The notes under the pieces were generated by a model that did not search any database, was not told the DNA's origin, and saw nothing but the letters and a program-made list of their open reading frames with translations. Of a stretch of DNA of 64,000 bases, positions 27,284 to 37,393 are shown in pieces. Numbering within the stretch: the first letter of the stretch is position 1; each line of letters starts with the position of its first letter. This DNA is from a virus (taxonomy: Duplodnaviria; Caudoviricetes): IMG/VR virus record IMGVR_UViG_3300043610_000044, positions 4,239 to 68,238 of that record; one strand, given 5' to 3'. The translations under genes were made by a program, and so were the position numbers.

Positions 27284-27547
27284 CGAACCGTCCGCAGGTA
27301 GGAGATTCACCGTGACTACGCACATGGCGGAGACCCCCGACGGGCCACGCGAGATGTCCCCCGAATGCACCTGTGACCTGATCGAGGTCAGTCTGCTCGG
27401 AAAGGTCGAGTACGTGCGGGGCTTCTCCCGTGGTTGCCTGATGCATCCGGCGACCGAGTCCGAGCGTAAGACGCTTGCAACCGAGGCGGCAGCCGACGCG
27501 CGGGAGAATGCCGAGCACGAAGCAGCGCAGCAGCGGGCGAGGCGGGC

Positions 27548-28107
27548 GTGAGCGACAACGGGCAGCAGGCGCCACCGAAAGAGAAGCCGTGGCAGGAGTT
27601 GGAGGAAGACGCCCGGCAGGCTGACGCCACCGGCATCGGCCTCAAGGTCACCTGGGAGGGCACGACCTACCAGTTCCACTTCGGCGAGCTCTCGGCGTTC
27701 GACGCGGCCGAGTTGCGCCGCCAGACTGGGCTGACTACGTCGATGCTGTACTTGCAGGCCGCGGACTCGGTGGACATAGACACGGTCGCGGCGATCATCT
27801 GGCTGTCGCGGCGTCTCGCCGGGGATACGGTGTCGTACGCGCAGGTCGCGTCCGCGGTGAAGTGGCAGGCCCGGATGACGGTGGAGCTGGCGGACCCGGT
27901 GCCGGTCGCACCGGCGCCGGTGACCGGCGAGACGGGGGAGGCCGAGCACCCCCAAGCGTGAGGCGGGCCTATCGGCGGTTTCTGCCGGTGCTGGCCCGCC
28001 ATTTTCCCGGCTGGGACTGGTCCCGGATTGAGGAGATGCCGGGCGCGGAGATCGCCGAGTTCATGCACCAGTTGCAGGAGATCCTGGACCCGCTCGACGC
28101 GGACTGA
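27548..28107 (+). CDS. Tail assembly chaperones G (27548-27961) and GT via -1 programmed frameshift
   Basis: In-frame slippery candidates G GGG GAG (27934-27940) and C CCC CAA (27949-27955); -1 frame open to 28107; directly upstream of tape measure. Confidence 0.8.
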
Positions 28108-28272
28108 AGCACCCAGGGTCCGCTTCGCCAGGTCCATCCATCGGGGATGCATCCCGATGGATGACTTTGGCTCCTCACTTCGCAGGGCCCTCGCGGCCGC
28201 TACTACCCCTACCCGCTTGCGCGCCCTGGGTGCCCGCTCATGGTGACACATACAAGGCGGGGGTGGTGATCC

Positions 28273-31200
28273 GTGGCACCGTCCCGCAAGTTCCAGGTCA
28301 CGATTTTGGGCGATGCGAAGGGCGCCAAGGGGGCGGTCCGGGACACCGAGTCGGCTCTCGGGCACCTGTCCGCCCGCGGCCGGATCACCGGCCAGGGCCT
28401 GTCCGTCATCGGCACCGGAATCAAGGGCCTCGGCGTGGCCGCGGTCGGGTTCGGGATCGCCGCGGGGGTCGGCCTGGGGGCCGCCGCGAAGTCGGTCGTG
28501 AGCCTGGGCATCCAGTACCAGAACCAGCTCAACACGATGCAGGCAGTCAGCCACTCCACCGACGCGACCATGGCGCAGGTCGCGAAGACCGCCCGGGCAC
28601 TCGGCAACGACCTGAGCCTGCCGGCCACCTCTGCCGCCGACGCGGCGCAGGCCATGACCGAGCTTGCCAAGGGCAACTTGACGGCGCAGCAGGCGATGCA
28701 GGCTGCGAAGGGGACCTTGCAGCTTGCGGCGGCGGCGCAGATCGACGGGGCCACGGCTGCGACGATCCAGGCCAGGGCGCTGAACGCGTTCGGCCTGGCC
28801 GCCGGACAGGCGGGGCATGTCGCCGATGCGCTCGCGAACACCGCGAACGCCGCCTCCGGTGAGATCACCGACTTCGCGCTCGGCCTCGCGCAGTCCTCGG
28901 CGGTGGCGCACCAGTTCGGCGTGTCCATCGACGACACCCTGACGGTGCTGGGGGAGTTCGCCAACGCAGGCATCGCCGGGTCCGACGCCGGCACGTCGCT
29001 GAAGACCGCGCTCCAGTCGCTGGCCGGCGCGTCGGGACCGGCGGCGAAGGCGCTGAAGACGCTCGGCGTGGACGCGTTCGACGGCAAGGGCAAGTTCGTC
29101 GGCCTGCGGACCGTCTCCGAAGAGTTGGCGACTGCGCAGAAGCACATGTCCGCGGAGGCGTTCAACGCCGCCGTGAAGCTCGCCTTCGGCAGCGACGCGG
29201 CCAGGGCCGCGGGGATCCTGGCGTCCAACGGCGCGGCCGGGTTCGACAAGATGAGCACGGCAGTCGGGCGGGCCGGTGGTGCGGCTGAGGTTGCGGCGGC
29301 GAAAACCAAGGGCGTCGGCGGGGCCCTCGAGGGGCTGAAGTCGCAGGTCGAAACCGTCAAGATCGACGTGTTCACGAAAGCCGCCCCGAGCCTTGAGGCG
29401 TTCATCCGGCGGGTGTCCGCGGACCTGCCGAAGGCCGCCGACATCGGCCTGCGTGGCCTGGACAGGCTGTTCGGGTTCGTCGCCAGCGAGGTGCCGAAGG
29501 CCAGGTCGCTGTTCGGACAGTTCGGCCCGGACGTCAGGCACCTGGTCGGCGATGAGCTGCACAAGGCGGGCCAGGTCGCCGACCAGGTGTTCGCCCCGGC
29601 GTTGCGCGGGGTCGGCACCGTGCTGCATGCGGTGCTGGGCGAGGCGGTGTCGGTCGGCGGGTCGCTGGGGCAGGTGTTCGCCTCCGGTGTGGGCGCAGCC
29701 GGGCACGCCGCGCAGTCGTTCGAACTGTCCGCCCACGGCCTGGCCGACGCGGTGCATGAGATCGGCTCGTCGGTCAACGCGGTGGTGCAGGGCGCGTTGC
29801 CGGTGCTCCACGTCGGATTGGGCGCTGCCGGTGTCGCCGCCGGTGCGCTGATCACCACGGTCACCGGTGCGACGAAGGCCCTCGGCCCGTTCGCCGGTGC
29901 GCTGCTCGCGGCTGCCGCTGCGGTGAAGGTCGCGCAACTGTCGATGTCCGGGTGGGGTGCCGCCGGGACCGCGATCACCAAGCTGACGGGCGCATACAAC
30001 GCATTCGCGACCGGTGCGGCGATCAAGACGGGGATCGCGGTCGAACGGGTTTCCAAGGTGATCGGCGCGGACGTGACCGTCGCCGCAGCACGCGGCACCG
30101 CGGCCATGTCGGCGCTGTCGGGCGCGTTCGCAGTCGCCGGCCCCGTCGCGATCGTCGCCGGCGCCGCGTTCCTGGCACACAGCTACACGGTGCAGAAGAA
30201 CGCCGAGGCGATGCAGTCGGCGACCGCCGCGGCCCGCGGCTGGCAGGACGCGACCCGGCTCGGCGGTCAGGCAGCCCTCGACGCTCAGGCGAAGCTCGGC
30301 GGGATGAACGAGACGCTGGACAAGATGCGGCACGTCGGCGGGTTCACCACCGACGCGGTCGAGAAGTTCGCGGCGGCGACCCGCAGCGGAGTCCAGGCAT
30401 CCGATGAGGCGTACAGGTCGCTGTCGGTGCAGGACCAGGCGGCGCAGAAGGTCACCACCGCGCAGAACGACCTGACGCTGGCGATCGGCAAGTACGGGGT
30501 GGGGAGCACCGAGGCGCAGACCGCCGCGAACACGCTGAACGCGGCCTTGGGCAACCAGAAGACGTTGCAGGAACAGGTCTCGGCGGCAACGGAGACGACC
30601 ACGGAGCGGCTACAGCGGCTGACCGAACAGGTAGCCACCGCAGCCGGCGCGGCGAACGCTCTGAACATCTCCGAGATCGGGGTGAAGCAGAACGAGCTGG
30701 CGTTGACCGACGCGCGGAAGGCCGCGACGACGGCCACCGCGAAGTACGGCGAGAAGTCGAAGGAGGCGCAGGCGGCGACGCTGCAACTGCGGGCGGCCGA
30801 GGCCGCGTTGCAGGGGCAGGCGCTGGCCACGGCGCAGCGGGCCCGGGACCTGGCGACGGCGACGGACCGTTCCGGGGATGCGGCTCATGCCGCGCGGGCG
30901 GGGTCCGCGGCGTACCGCGCCGAGCTGGTCAAGCTTGCCGGGCAGGCTGCCCCAGGGTCGGCGCTGCGGAAGTACCTTGCCGGGTTGATCGCGGCACTCG
31001 ATGCTGCCGGCCGCGACCGGACTGCGAATCTGCGTGTGGTGGTGCACGCCCCGTCGGGGATCACCGTCGGGTCAGGTGCGTTCAAAATCGAGGCCCGCGC
31101 GGGCGGCGGTCCGGTGGCCGCCGGTCAGCCGTATGTCGTCGGCGATGCCGGCCACCCGGAGTTGTTCGTGCCGGACGTCCCCGGCCGGATCGTCCCCCGC

Positions 31201-31362
31201 GTGCCGGCCGCAGGACGGCCCACCGGCGGCGGCGGTAACACCTACATCACGCTCAACGTGGCGCTGGCGGCCGGGGCGAACATGCGTGAGGCGGGCCGGC
31301 AGATCGCCGAACAGCTCGCCGCGTACGTCGATGGCGGCGGAAAGGTCCGGACCGTGCGATGA
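28273..31362 (+). CDS. Tape measure protein (TP901-like core)
   Basis: 1029 aa Ala/Gly-rich; A..LG......A.DAA.AM.ELAKG, GIAGSDAGTSLK, C-terminal RAGGGPV..GQPYVVGDAG.PELFVP. Confidence 0.93.
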   Translation: MAPSRKFQVTILGDAKGAKGAVRDTESALGHLSARGRITGQGLSVIGTGIKGLGVAAVGFGIAAGVGLGAAAKSVVSLGIQYQNQLNTMQAVSHSTDATMAQVAKTARALGNDLSLPATSAADAAQAMTELAKGNLTAQQAMQAAKGTLQLAAAAQIDGATAATIQARALNAFGLAAGQAGHVADALANTANAASGEITDFALGLAQSSAVAHQFGVSIDDTLTVLGEFANAGIAGSDAGTSLKTALQSLAGASGPAAKALKTLGVDAFDGKGKFVGLRTVSEELATAQKHMSAEAFNAAVKLAFGSDAARAAGILASNGAAGFDKMSTAVGRAGGAAEVAAAKTKGVGGALEGLKSQVETVKIDVFTKAAPSLEAFIRRVSADLPKAADIGLRGLDRLFGFVASEVPKARSLFGQFGPDVRHLVGDELHKAGQVADQVFAPALRGVGTVLHAVLGEAVSVGGSLGQVFASGVGAAGHAAQSFELSAHGLADAVHEIGSSVNAVVQGALPVLHVGLGAAGVAAGALITTVTGATKALGPFAGALLAAAAAVKVAQLSMSGWGAAGTAITKLTGAYNAFATGAAIKTGIAVERVSKVIGADVTVAAARGTAAMSALSGAFAVAGPVAIVAGAAFLAHSYTVQKNAEAMQSATAAARGWQDATRLGGQAALDAQAKLGGMNETLDKMRHVGGFTTDAVEKFAAATRSGVQASDEAYRSLSVQDQAAQKVTTAQNDLTLAIGKYGVGSTEAQTAANTLNAALGNQKTLQEQVSAATETTTERLQRLTEQVATAAGAANALNISEIGVKQNELALTDARKAATTATAKYGEKSKEAQAATLQLRAAEAALQGQALATAQRARDLATATDRSGDAAHAARAGSAAYRAELVKLAGQAAPGSALRKYLAGLIAALDAAGRDRTANLRVVVHAPSGITVGSGAFKIEARAGGGPVAAGQPYVVGDAGHPELFVPDVPGRIVPRVPAAGRPTGGGGNTYITLNVALAAGANMREAGRQIAEQLAAYVDGGGKVRTVR

Positions 31363-33176
31363 CCTTCCCCATTCCGGTCGTCGAGGTGGGGTTCACCGCC
31401 GGACCCGACACCGGCGACTACGGCCTGTGGGACGACATGGGCCGCGGGTTGTGGGACACCGCGACATGGGCGCCGGACAACCTGTGGACCGATGTCACCC
31501 GGTACGTCCGCCAGTTCTCAACCCGCCGCGGCGCAGCCCGGGTGGACTCGCCGATGCTGCGCTATGAGGCGGGCACAAGCACTGCGACGTTGAACAATGC
31601 TGACCGCCGGTTCGACCCGACCAATTTGGCCGGGCCGTACGTCGCCGCCGGCCTGACGCAGGTCACACCGATGCGGGCCGTGCGGTACCGGGCGGTGTGG
31701 GCGGGCGCCACGTACGAGCTGTGGTCGGGCAACTCCGACGCTTGGCAGATCTCCTACGTCCAGCCGGCATACTCCTCGGTGATCCTGACCGCCACAGACG
31801 CCTTCAAGACGCTCGCCGCGTACTCGCGGGTCGCCGGGTCCGCTGTCGGCGCCGGGGAGAACACCGGCGCCCGGGTGGCCCGCATTCTCAACTCGGTGTC
31901 ATGGCCGGCGAACGCCAGGGTCGTGGCCGTCGGCGACTCGACGTTACAGGCGACCACCCTCGATGGTGACGCGTTGGCGGAACTCCAGCTTGCTGCGGAC
32001 TCTGAGCTTGGCGAGGTGTACGCGGATGCCGGACGACGGGTGGTGTTCCGCAACAGGCGAGCGATTCTGACCCAGGCACGCTCCGCCGTGCCGGTGGCCC
32101 GGTTCGGCGACGGTGCGCCCAACTCCGCCGAGCAGACCACGGTCAACCTCCATACGAATCCGTCGGTGGAGACGGGCATCACCGGTTGGATCGGCGGCGG
32201 GTTCGCGAACCAGCCGAGCGTGGCGCAGTCCTCGGCGCAGGCGCAGGTCGGGACGAAGTCGGTGTTGGCGACGTGGGCGACAGCGACGCAGGCCACCGAC
32301 CTGCCGCTGGTGCAATGCGGTGCGACGGTGACCGGTCTACGCCCCGGCAGCACGTACACGTTCTCCTTGTATGCCCGGGTCCCGGCGGGTTCCCCCGATG
32401 TGTTCGCGGTCATCGCTGCGGTCGCGTTCGGGTCGTCCACCGGCGGCCTCAGGGATCAATGGGTGCGGCTCACATGCACCGCCGTCGTGTCTGGGACGTC
32501 GGCGACATTCCAGGTGTGGCCGGTCGCTGACACCACCGCCGGGCAGCAGGTATACCTCGACGGCGCCCAAGTCGAGGAGGGTGGCACCGCCACCGCATAC
32601 ACCGACGGCGACCAGACCAACTCCTCGTGGGACGGACCGGCGCACGCCTCCACGTCCCGGCGTACCCCCGAATTGCCGTACGAGGACGTCACCATCGACT
32701 ACGACGACACGCAGTTGGCGAACCTTGTGCGGATCACCCGGGTCGGCGGTGCGACGCAGACCACACAGGATGTCGCGTCGCAGGGCCAGTATCTGATCCA
32801 CACCTACGACCGTGACGACCTGATCGTCCAGACCGACACCGATGCGGCGAACATCGCCGGATGGCTGGCCTACCAGTCGGCGCAGCCGGAGCTGAGGTTC
32901 GCCACGTTGACGATCAACCCGCGGCGCGACCCCGACCGGTTGTACCCGCAGGTGCTGGGCCGTGAGGTCGGGGACCGCATCGCGGTGGTGCTGCGCCCAC
33001 CGGGCGGCGGGACCGTCACCCGGGACGTGTTCATCCGCGGGATCACGCATGACGTGGACGCGCACAGCTTGACGTGGCGGACCACGTTCGCGCTCCAGTC
33101 GGCGACGAAGTACGCGTTCGGCATGTGGGATTCCAACACCCTCGGCCTGTGGGACGAGAGTGCCTTCGCCTTTTAG
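31359..33176 (+). CDS. Minor tail/baseplate protein with an inserted carbohydrate-binding-like domain
   Basis: N- and C-terminal hub-like segments interrupted by NLHTNPSVETGITGW...YLDGAQVEEG..ATAYTDG insert. Confidence 0.7.
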   Translation: MTFPIPVVEVGFTAGPDTGDYGLWDDMGRGLWDTATWAPDNLWTDVTRYVRQFSTRRGAARVDSPMLRYEAGTSTATLNNADRRFDPTNLAGPYVAAGLTQVTPMRAVRYRAVWAGATYELWSGNSDAWQISYVQPAYSSVILTATDAFKTLAAYSRVAGSAVGAGENTGARVARILNSVSWPANARVVAVGDSTLQATTLDGDALAELQLAADSELGEVYADAGRRVVFRNRRAILTQARSAVPVARFGDGAPNSAEQTTVNLHTNPSVETGITGWIGGGFANQPSVAQSSAQAQVGTKSVLATWATATQATDLPLVQCGATVTGLRPGSTYTFSLYARVPAGSPDVFAVIAAVAFGSSTGGLRDQWVRLTCTAVVSGTSATFQVWPVADTTAGQQVYLDGAQVEEGGTATAYTDGDQTNSSWDGPAHASTSRRTPELPYEDVTIDYDDTQLANLVRITRVGGATQTTQDVASQGQYLIHTYDRDDLIVQTDTDAANIAGWLAYQSAQPELRFATLTINPRRDPDRLYPQVLGREVGDRIAVVLRPPGGGTVTRDVFIRGITHDVDAHSLTWRTTFALQSATKYAFGMWDSNTLGLWDESAFAF

Positions 33177-33185
33177 GGGGTCGAG

Positions 33186-33536
33186 TTGACGTTCGCTCCT
33201 GGTGATCCGATCACCTCGGCGTGGGGTAACACTGTCCCGGCGTTCGCGAACTCGGGAGACAACGGGAAGAAGATACAGGTCGGTACGAGTTCGGCCATCA
33301 TCATCAGCGGCAACAACTTCGTAGCCGGTAGTTCGATAACGTTCACCACGGCATTCGGGTCATCGCCGAACGTCCAGGCTACGGTGGACTCGACGCTCGG
33401 TGGCACAAACGGCAACTACGGTGTCCGGGTAACTACGAAGTCCACTACGGCGGTAACGTTCACGGTGTTCCGCACCGACGGTTCGAACGCGCCAGGGAAC
33501 CAGGCGGTGTCCTTCTCCTGGGTGGCCATCGGCTGA
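33186..33536 (+). CDS. Short tail-tip/receptor-binding protein (gp53-like/H-type-lectin-like C-terminus)
   Basis: ITFTTAFGSSPNVQAT...STTAVTFTV...VSFSWVAIG; lower GC. Confidence 0.6.
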   Translation: MTFAPGDPITSAWGNTVPAFANSGDNGKKIQVGTSSAIIISGNNFVAGSSITFTTAFGSSPNVQATVDSTLGGTNGNYGVRVTTKSTTAVTFTVFRTDGSNAPGNQAVSFSWVAIG

Positions 33537-33544
33537 GACCTTGT

Positions 33545-33554
33545 GGGGGGGGGG
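33545..33554 (+). repeat. G10 homopolymer just upstream of ATG 33558
   Basis: GTGGGGGGGGGGCGTATG. Confidence 0.9.
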
Positions 33555-33557
33555 CGT

Positions 33558-34338
33558 ATGAACGCAGCATTCCGTGCCCGTGTTGGTCGCCGCGGCGCCG
33601 CGCTGCTGGCGTTCGCGTTCCTCGACGGCGTGGTGGGCTGGTCGCTGCTGGATTCGCAGGGGCAGGTGCAGGTCCGTGCGGCACCGGCGTACCGGGTGAT
33701 CGTCGGCGTGGCGCCGCTGCCGGTGTGGGCGTGGCTGTGGCTGGCCGTTGGCGCGCTGGCCGCGGTCCAGGCGTTCACCCGCTTCGGCCGGTTGGGATAC
33801 ACCGCGACGATGGGCATCAAGGTGTTGTGGGCGCTCGGGTTCGCCGGGTCGGCTCTGGCGTACCGGGCGCCGCGGGCGTGGCTGGCCGCTGCGACGTGGG
33901 CCGTGTTCGCCGCGCTGGTGGCGGTCTGCTCGGGGTGGCAGGAGCCGGGGGCCCGCGGTGATCCTGGCCGCTGAGGTGCCCGGCGGGGCCACGTTGCTGC
34001 CGCCGCTGGTCGCTCTCGCCGGCGGGTTGGTCGCCGCATGGCTGGCATACCGGCAGTCCACCCGGGTCGCGAATATCGCGGCGGGCACCGAGGCGCAGAA
34101 GATCTCCGGGGCGGAGTACGACCGGGCGCGGGGTCTGATGGAGGCGGGGAACGCCCGCCTGCTGGATGAGATCGTCCGGTTGGAGAAGAAGATCAGCCAG
34201 CTCCGGGAGGACGGGTCGGCGGATGCCCGTCAACGCACCGAGGACCGGATCCGGATTGCGGAGTTGGAGCGGCATGTGGCGCGTATGCAGATCCGGCTGA
34301 TCCGCGCCGGCATCGAGGACACCAACGGCGCCCCGTGA
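33558..34338 (+). CDS. Two lysis-module membrane proteins (33558-33974, about 4 TM; 33958-34338, 1 TM + coiled coil)
   Basis: Hydrophobic segments; position between tail and endolysin. Confidence 0.65.
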
Positions 34339-34363
34339 TGCCCCGGACCGGAGGTGATGCCTG

Positions 34364-34770
34364 ATGTTGACCGCCCCGTACACGTACGCCGCTACCGTGC
34401 TTGCCGTACATGACGGTGACACCTAGCCATCACCTGCGATATCGACCTCGGGTTCTGCATGTGGCTGCGGGGTCAGGCGTTCCGGCTGCTCGGCTGCAAC
34501 GCCCGCGAGCTCGCCGAGCCCGGCGGGGTGGAGGCCCGGGATCATCTCGCGGGGCTGGTCCTCGACGTCGGCGTGCCGGTGGGGCTGGGGCGTCGCGGGG
34601 TCGTGTTGACCTCGGTCAAGCGGGACAAGTACGGCGGCAGGTATGACGCGGCCGTCACCTTGCCGGACGGGTCGGATCTGGTGGCGGGGCTCATCGCCGG
34701 GCAGTGGGCGGCGCCGTGGGACGGCCGCGGGCCACGGCCTGTGCCGCCGTGGCCGCGGACCGTGCCGTGA
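34364..34770 (+). pseudogene. Thermonuclease (SNase-like) gene disrupted by a frameshift/stop after DGDT
   Basis: YAATVLAVHDGDT-TAG; continues in another frame ITCDIDLGF...FRLLGCNARE...DKYGGRY. Confidence 0.75.
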
Positions 34771-35085
34771 CCTGACGCCCACGAAAATATACCGGCTCTC
34801 ATACCAGCCGATCCACGGGAGAGCGCGAGGAGGCATGGTGACCCGCTACAGCACGCCCATCTCCGAGGAACTCCTTGCACAAGGTGATCCGCTGGAGGCC
34901 GAGGGCTGGCGTGTCGTCGAGGTCGGCCCGCCGGATCCGCAGCGTCCCGGTATGCGCATCTGCATCTGCGAGGACGCGGACGCGCCGCGCGTACTGGCGG
35001 GGCTGCTGGTCGAGCCGACGTTCCGCAGGGAGGCCGACGGGCGGGTGTCCGTAATCGACCGGCGGGTGCTCACGGGGGCGACGCC

Positions 35086-36045
35086 ATGACGTGGGCTGAC
35101 ACCAGCCATTACCAGGCGGTGGACCTCGGCGCGTACTTCGCCGCGCACGACCGGCTCGCCCAGAAGGTCACCGAGGGCGGCTGGGACCACACCCAAAACC
35201 GGCCCGTGTACGTGGATCCCACCTTCGCCTCCCGATACGCCTACTGCCGAGACCGGCGGCTCCCGTTCGTCGCCTACCACTTCGACCGAGCCAGGTTCGA
35301 CGGGGCCGAGCAGTTCGACACGATGCTGTGGGCTATTCGCCAGGCGGGCGGCCCACGTGCGGGCCTAGACCTGCTCTGCCTGGACTCCGAGGACACCCAG
35401 ACCCCGGGCCGGGCCGCGGCGTCGGCGCACGAGTTCACCGGCCGGGCTACCGCCCTCGGCTTCCCAGCGGGCGCGGTGTACTCCGGCGTGTGGTTCGCCA
35501 GCCCGTACGGCATCGTGCCGTCGCTGCTACCGCCGGGCTGGCGGCGGCTGTGGCTGTCGGACTACAACGCCGCACACACCGACGCCACGATGGCGCTGCC
35601 GTTCGGCTGGACCCGGGACCAGGTCATCGCCCGGCAGTACACCAGCACCGCGACGGTGGCCGGTGTCTCCGGGCCGTGCGACGCCAACCGGACCCTGATC
35701 GACTGGCTACAGGAGGATGACGTGACCGCAGCCGAAGTGTGGGCGGAACGACTGGCCGTGCCGGCAGCGCTGGACGCCGACTACTCTGCGCCCTCGTATA
35801 CCGCCGCCGATGTGATCTACGGGGCGAACGTGTTCGGCGCCCGCGCCGCCAAGGTGCTGGCACGGCTGGAGAAGGCGCAGGCCGCCGAGTCCGCCGCGCT
35901 GACCGCGCTGGCCGGGCTGGTCGCGGCCGGCACCAACGACCTGACTGCGGCGGATGTCAAGGCGGCCGTCGCGCAGGCGCTGGCCGAGGGCACGGTGTCG
36001 GTGGACGTGAGCGTCCACGGCGACCTGGCGCCGGTGACGCCGTGA
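35086..36045 (+). CDS. Endolysin, GH25 muramidase
   Basis: WADTSHYQ, QKVTEG, AYHF, LDSE (DxE), LWLSDY, RQYTS, CDAN. Confidence 0.85.
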   Translation: MTWADTSHYQAVDLGAYFAAHDRLAQKVTEGGWDHTQNRPVYVDPTFASRYAYCRDRRLPFVAYHFDRARFDGAEQFDTMLWAIRQAGGPRAGLDLLCLDSEDTQTPGRAAASAHEFTGRATALGFPAGAVYSGVWFASPYGIVPSLLPPGWRRLWLSDYNAAHTDATMALPFGWTRDQVIARQYTSTATVAGVSGPCDANRTLIDWLQEDDVTAAEVWAERLAVPAALDADYSAPSYTAADVIYGANVFGARAAKVLARLEKAQAAESAALTALAGLVAAGTNDLTAADVKAAVAQALAEGTVSVDVSVHGDLAPVTP

Positions 36046-36560
36046 CCGTCCTGGCCGCGAGCGGCGCACTACAGACGCACCCGCTGTACGTGTTCCTGCT
36101 GCTGCTGGCCGTGGTGCTGCTCGGCCTGGCCGCGTTCGGCGTCGGACACCCGCGGGTCAGTCTCGGCTGGCTGGGGCTGGCGTGCTGGGCGCTGTACGTC
36201 CTGCTCGTCCTGGGCGGCTGGGGATGACCGCGGACCGCCGTGAGCAGCCGCCGCGGCCGGTGGTCCTGACGTGGACCGTCCCGCCGTACGCGGTCCTGGT
36301 ACCGCCGGCGTCCCGCGGGCACGGCACCACAACCGTCACCTGGCGGGCGGGCTGAGGAGGAGCGCCATGGCCGAGCTACGCAACGAGATCCCCGGCTGGG
36401 AGGGCACGCAGGGACCCTTCCCGAGCCAGTACACCAGTCCCCACGTCTACGCCCGCAGCATCCACTCCGGCGCCGGTAACTGCGTCTGCGGCGCGGCACT
36501 CGGCGACTCGGTCCACGTCGCGGCGGCGCCGGGCGTGCCGGTCCCGGATCGGCTGCGGCC

Positions 36561-36917
36561 GTGACCGCCGACCCTGGCCGGTGGGCCCGGGAGATCGTCG
36601 CCCGCCGCGCCCTCGCCGTGTCCACCGCCACCGCGCTCATCCACGCCGCCGTCGTCATCTGGGCGCTCCCCCCGACCCTCGAAACGCAGGCGCCGGTGGC
36701 GGTCGGGTCGGTGATCGACATGCTCGGGGTGCTGGTGCTGGTGCTGTGGTCCCGGACCGGGGTGACCCCGGCGGACCCGGCGCTCGCACCGACGGCCATG
36801 GACGGGCGGGCGCTGGTACCGGAGTCGTACGGGCCGCTCGCCGGCGCGAAGTCGCCGCTGCCCGTGGAGAAGACGCTCACCGACCAGCCGGCCCGCAGAA
36901 CGGAGAGCGGCCGATGA
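36561..36917 (+). CDS. Putative holin
   Basis: Two TM segments, R..VTP motif, downstream of the lysin; another 2-TM ORF at 36042-36227. Confidence 0.55.
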   Translation: MTADPGRWAREIVARRALAVSTATALIHAAVVIWALPPTLETQAPVAVGSVIDMLGVLVLVLWSRTGVTPADPALAPTAMDGRALVPESYGPLAGAKSPLPVEKTLTDQPARRTESGR

Positions 36918-37393
36918 CCCGACTCTGGTTCGACACCGAATTCATCGAGGACGGCCGAACGATCGAGCTGCTGTCCATCGGCATCGTCCGCGACGACGGC
37001 GCCACCTACTACGCCGAACCGGCCGAAGTGGACCGCAAGTCAGCGAACGCATGGGTGCAGGAGCACGTTCTGCCGCTTCTGACCGGTCCGGTCAAGCCAA
37101 GAGCGGACATCGCCCGTGAGATCGTCGAGTTCGCCGGCCGCGACCCGGAATGGTGGGCCTACTACGCCGACTACGACTGGGTAGCGCTGTGCCAGCTCTA
37201 CGGCACGATGATGCATCTACCCGACGGTTGGCCGATGTACTGCCGCGACCTGAAACAGCTACACGATGAGTGCGGCCGGCCGAACATGGACGCGGTCCGG
37301 ATGAAGGGTGTGGAGCATCACGCGCTCGCCGATGCGATCTGGTGCCGCACCGCATGGGACTACCTCACCCGTGTGCCCCCGTCAGACCGATGA
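36914..37393 (+). CDS. 3'-5' exoribonuclease, DEDDh (RNase AS/Rv2179c-like)
   Basis: WFDTEFIEDG, YADYDWV, WPMYCRDL, HHALADA. Confidence 0.85.
   Translation: MTRLWFDTEFIEDGRTIELLSIGIVRDDGATYYAEPAEVDRKSANAWVQEHVLPLLTGPVKPRADIAREIVEFAGRDPEWWAYYADYDWVALCQLYGTMMHLPDGWPMYCRDLKQLHDECGRPNMDAVRMKGVEHHALADAIWCRTAWDYLTRVPPSDR

Noticed and set aside
27667-30333. Long antisense ORFs (888 aa, 632 aa, and similar ones over terL, capsid and lysin)
   Set aside because: Shadow frames expected in high-GC coding DNA; Arg/Pro/Ala-rich or mirror-codon composition with no motifs.
31359-33536. Diversity-generating retroelement acting on tail genes
   Set aside because: No reverse transcriptase motif and no TR/VR pair differing at adenines noticed.
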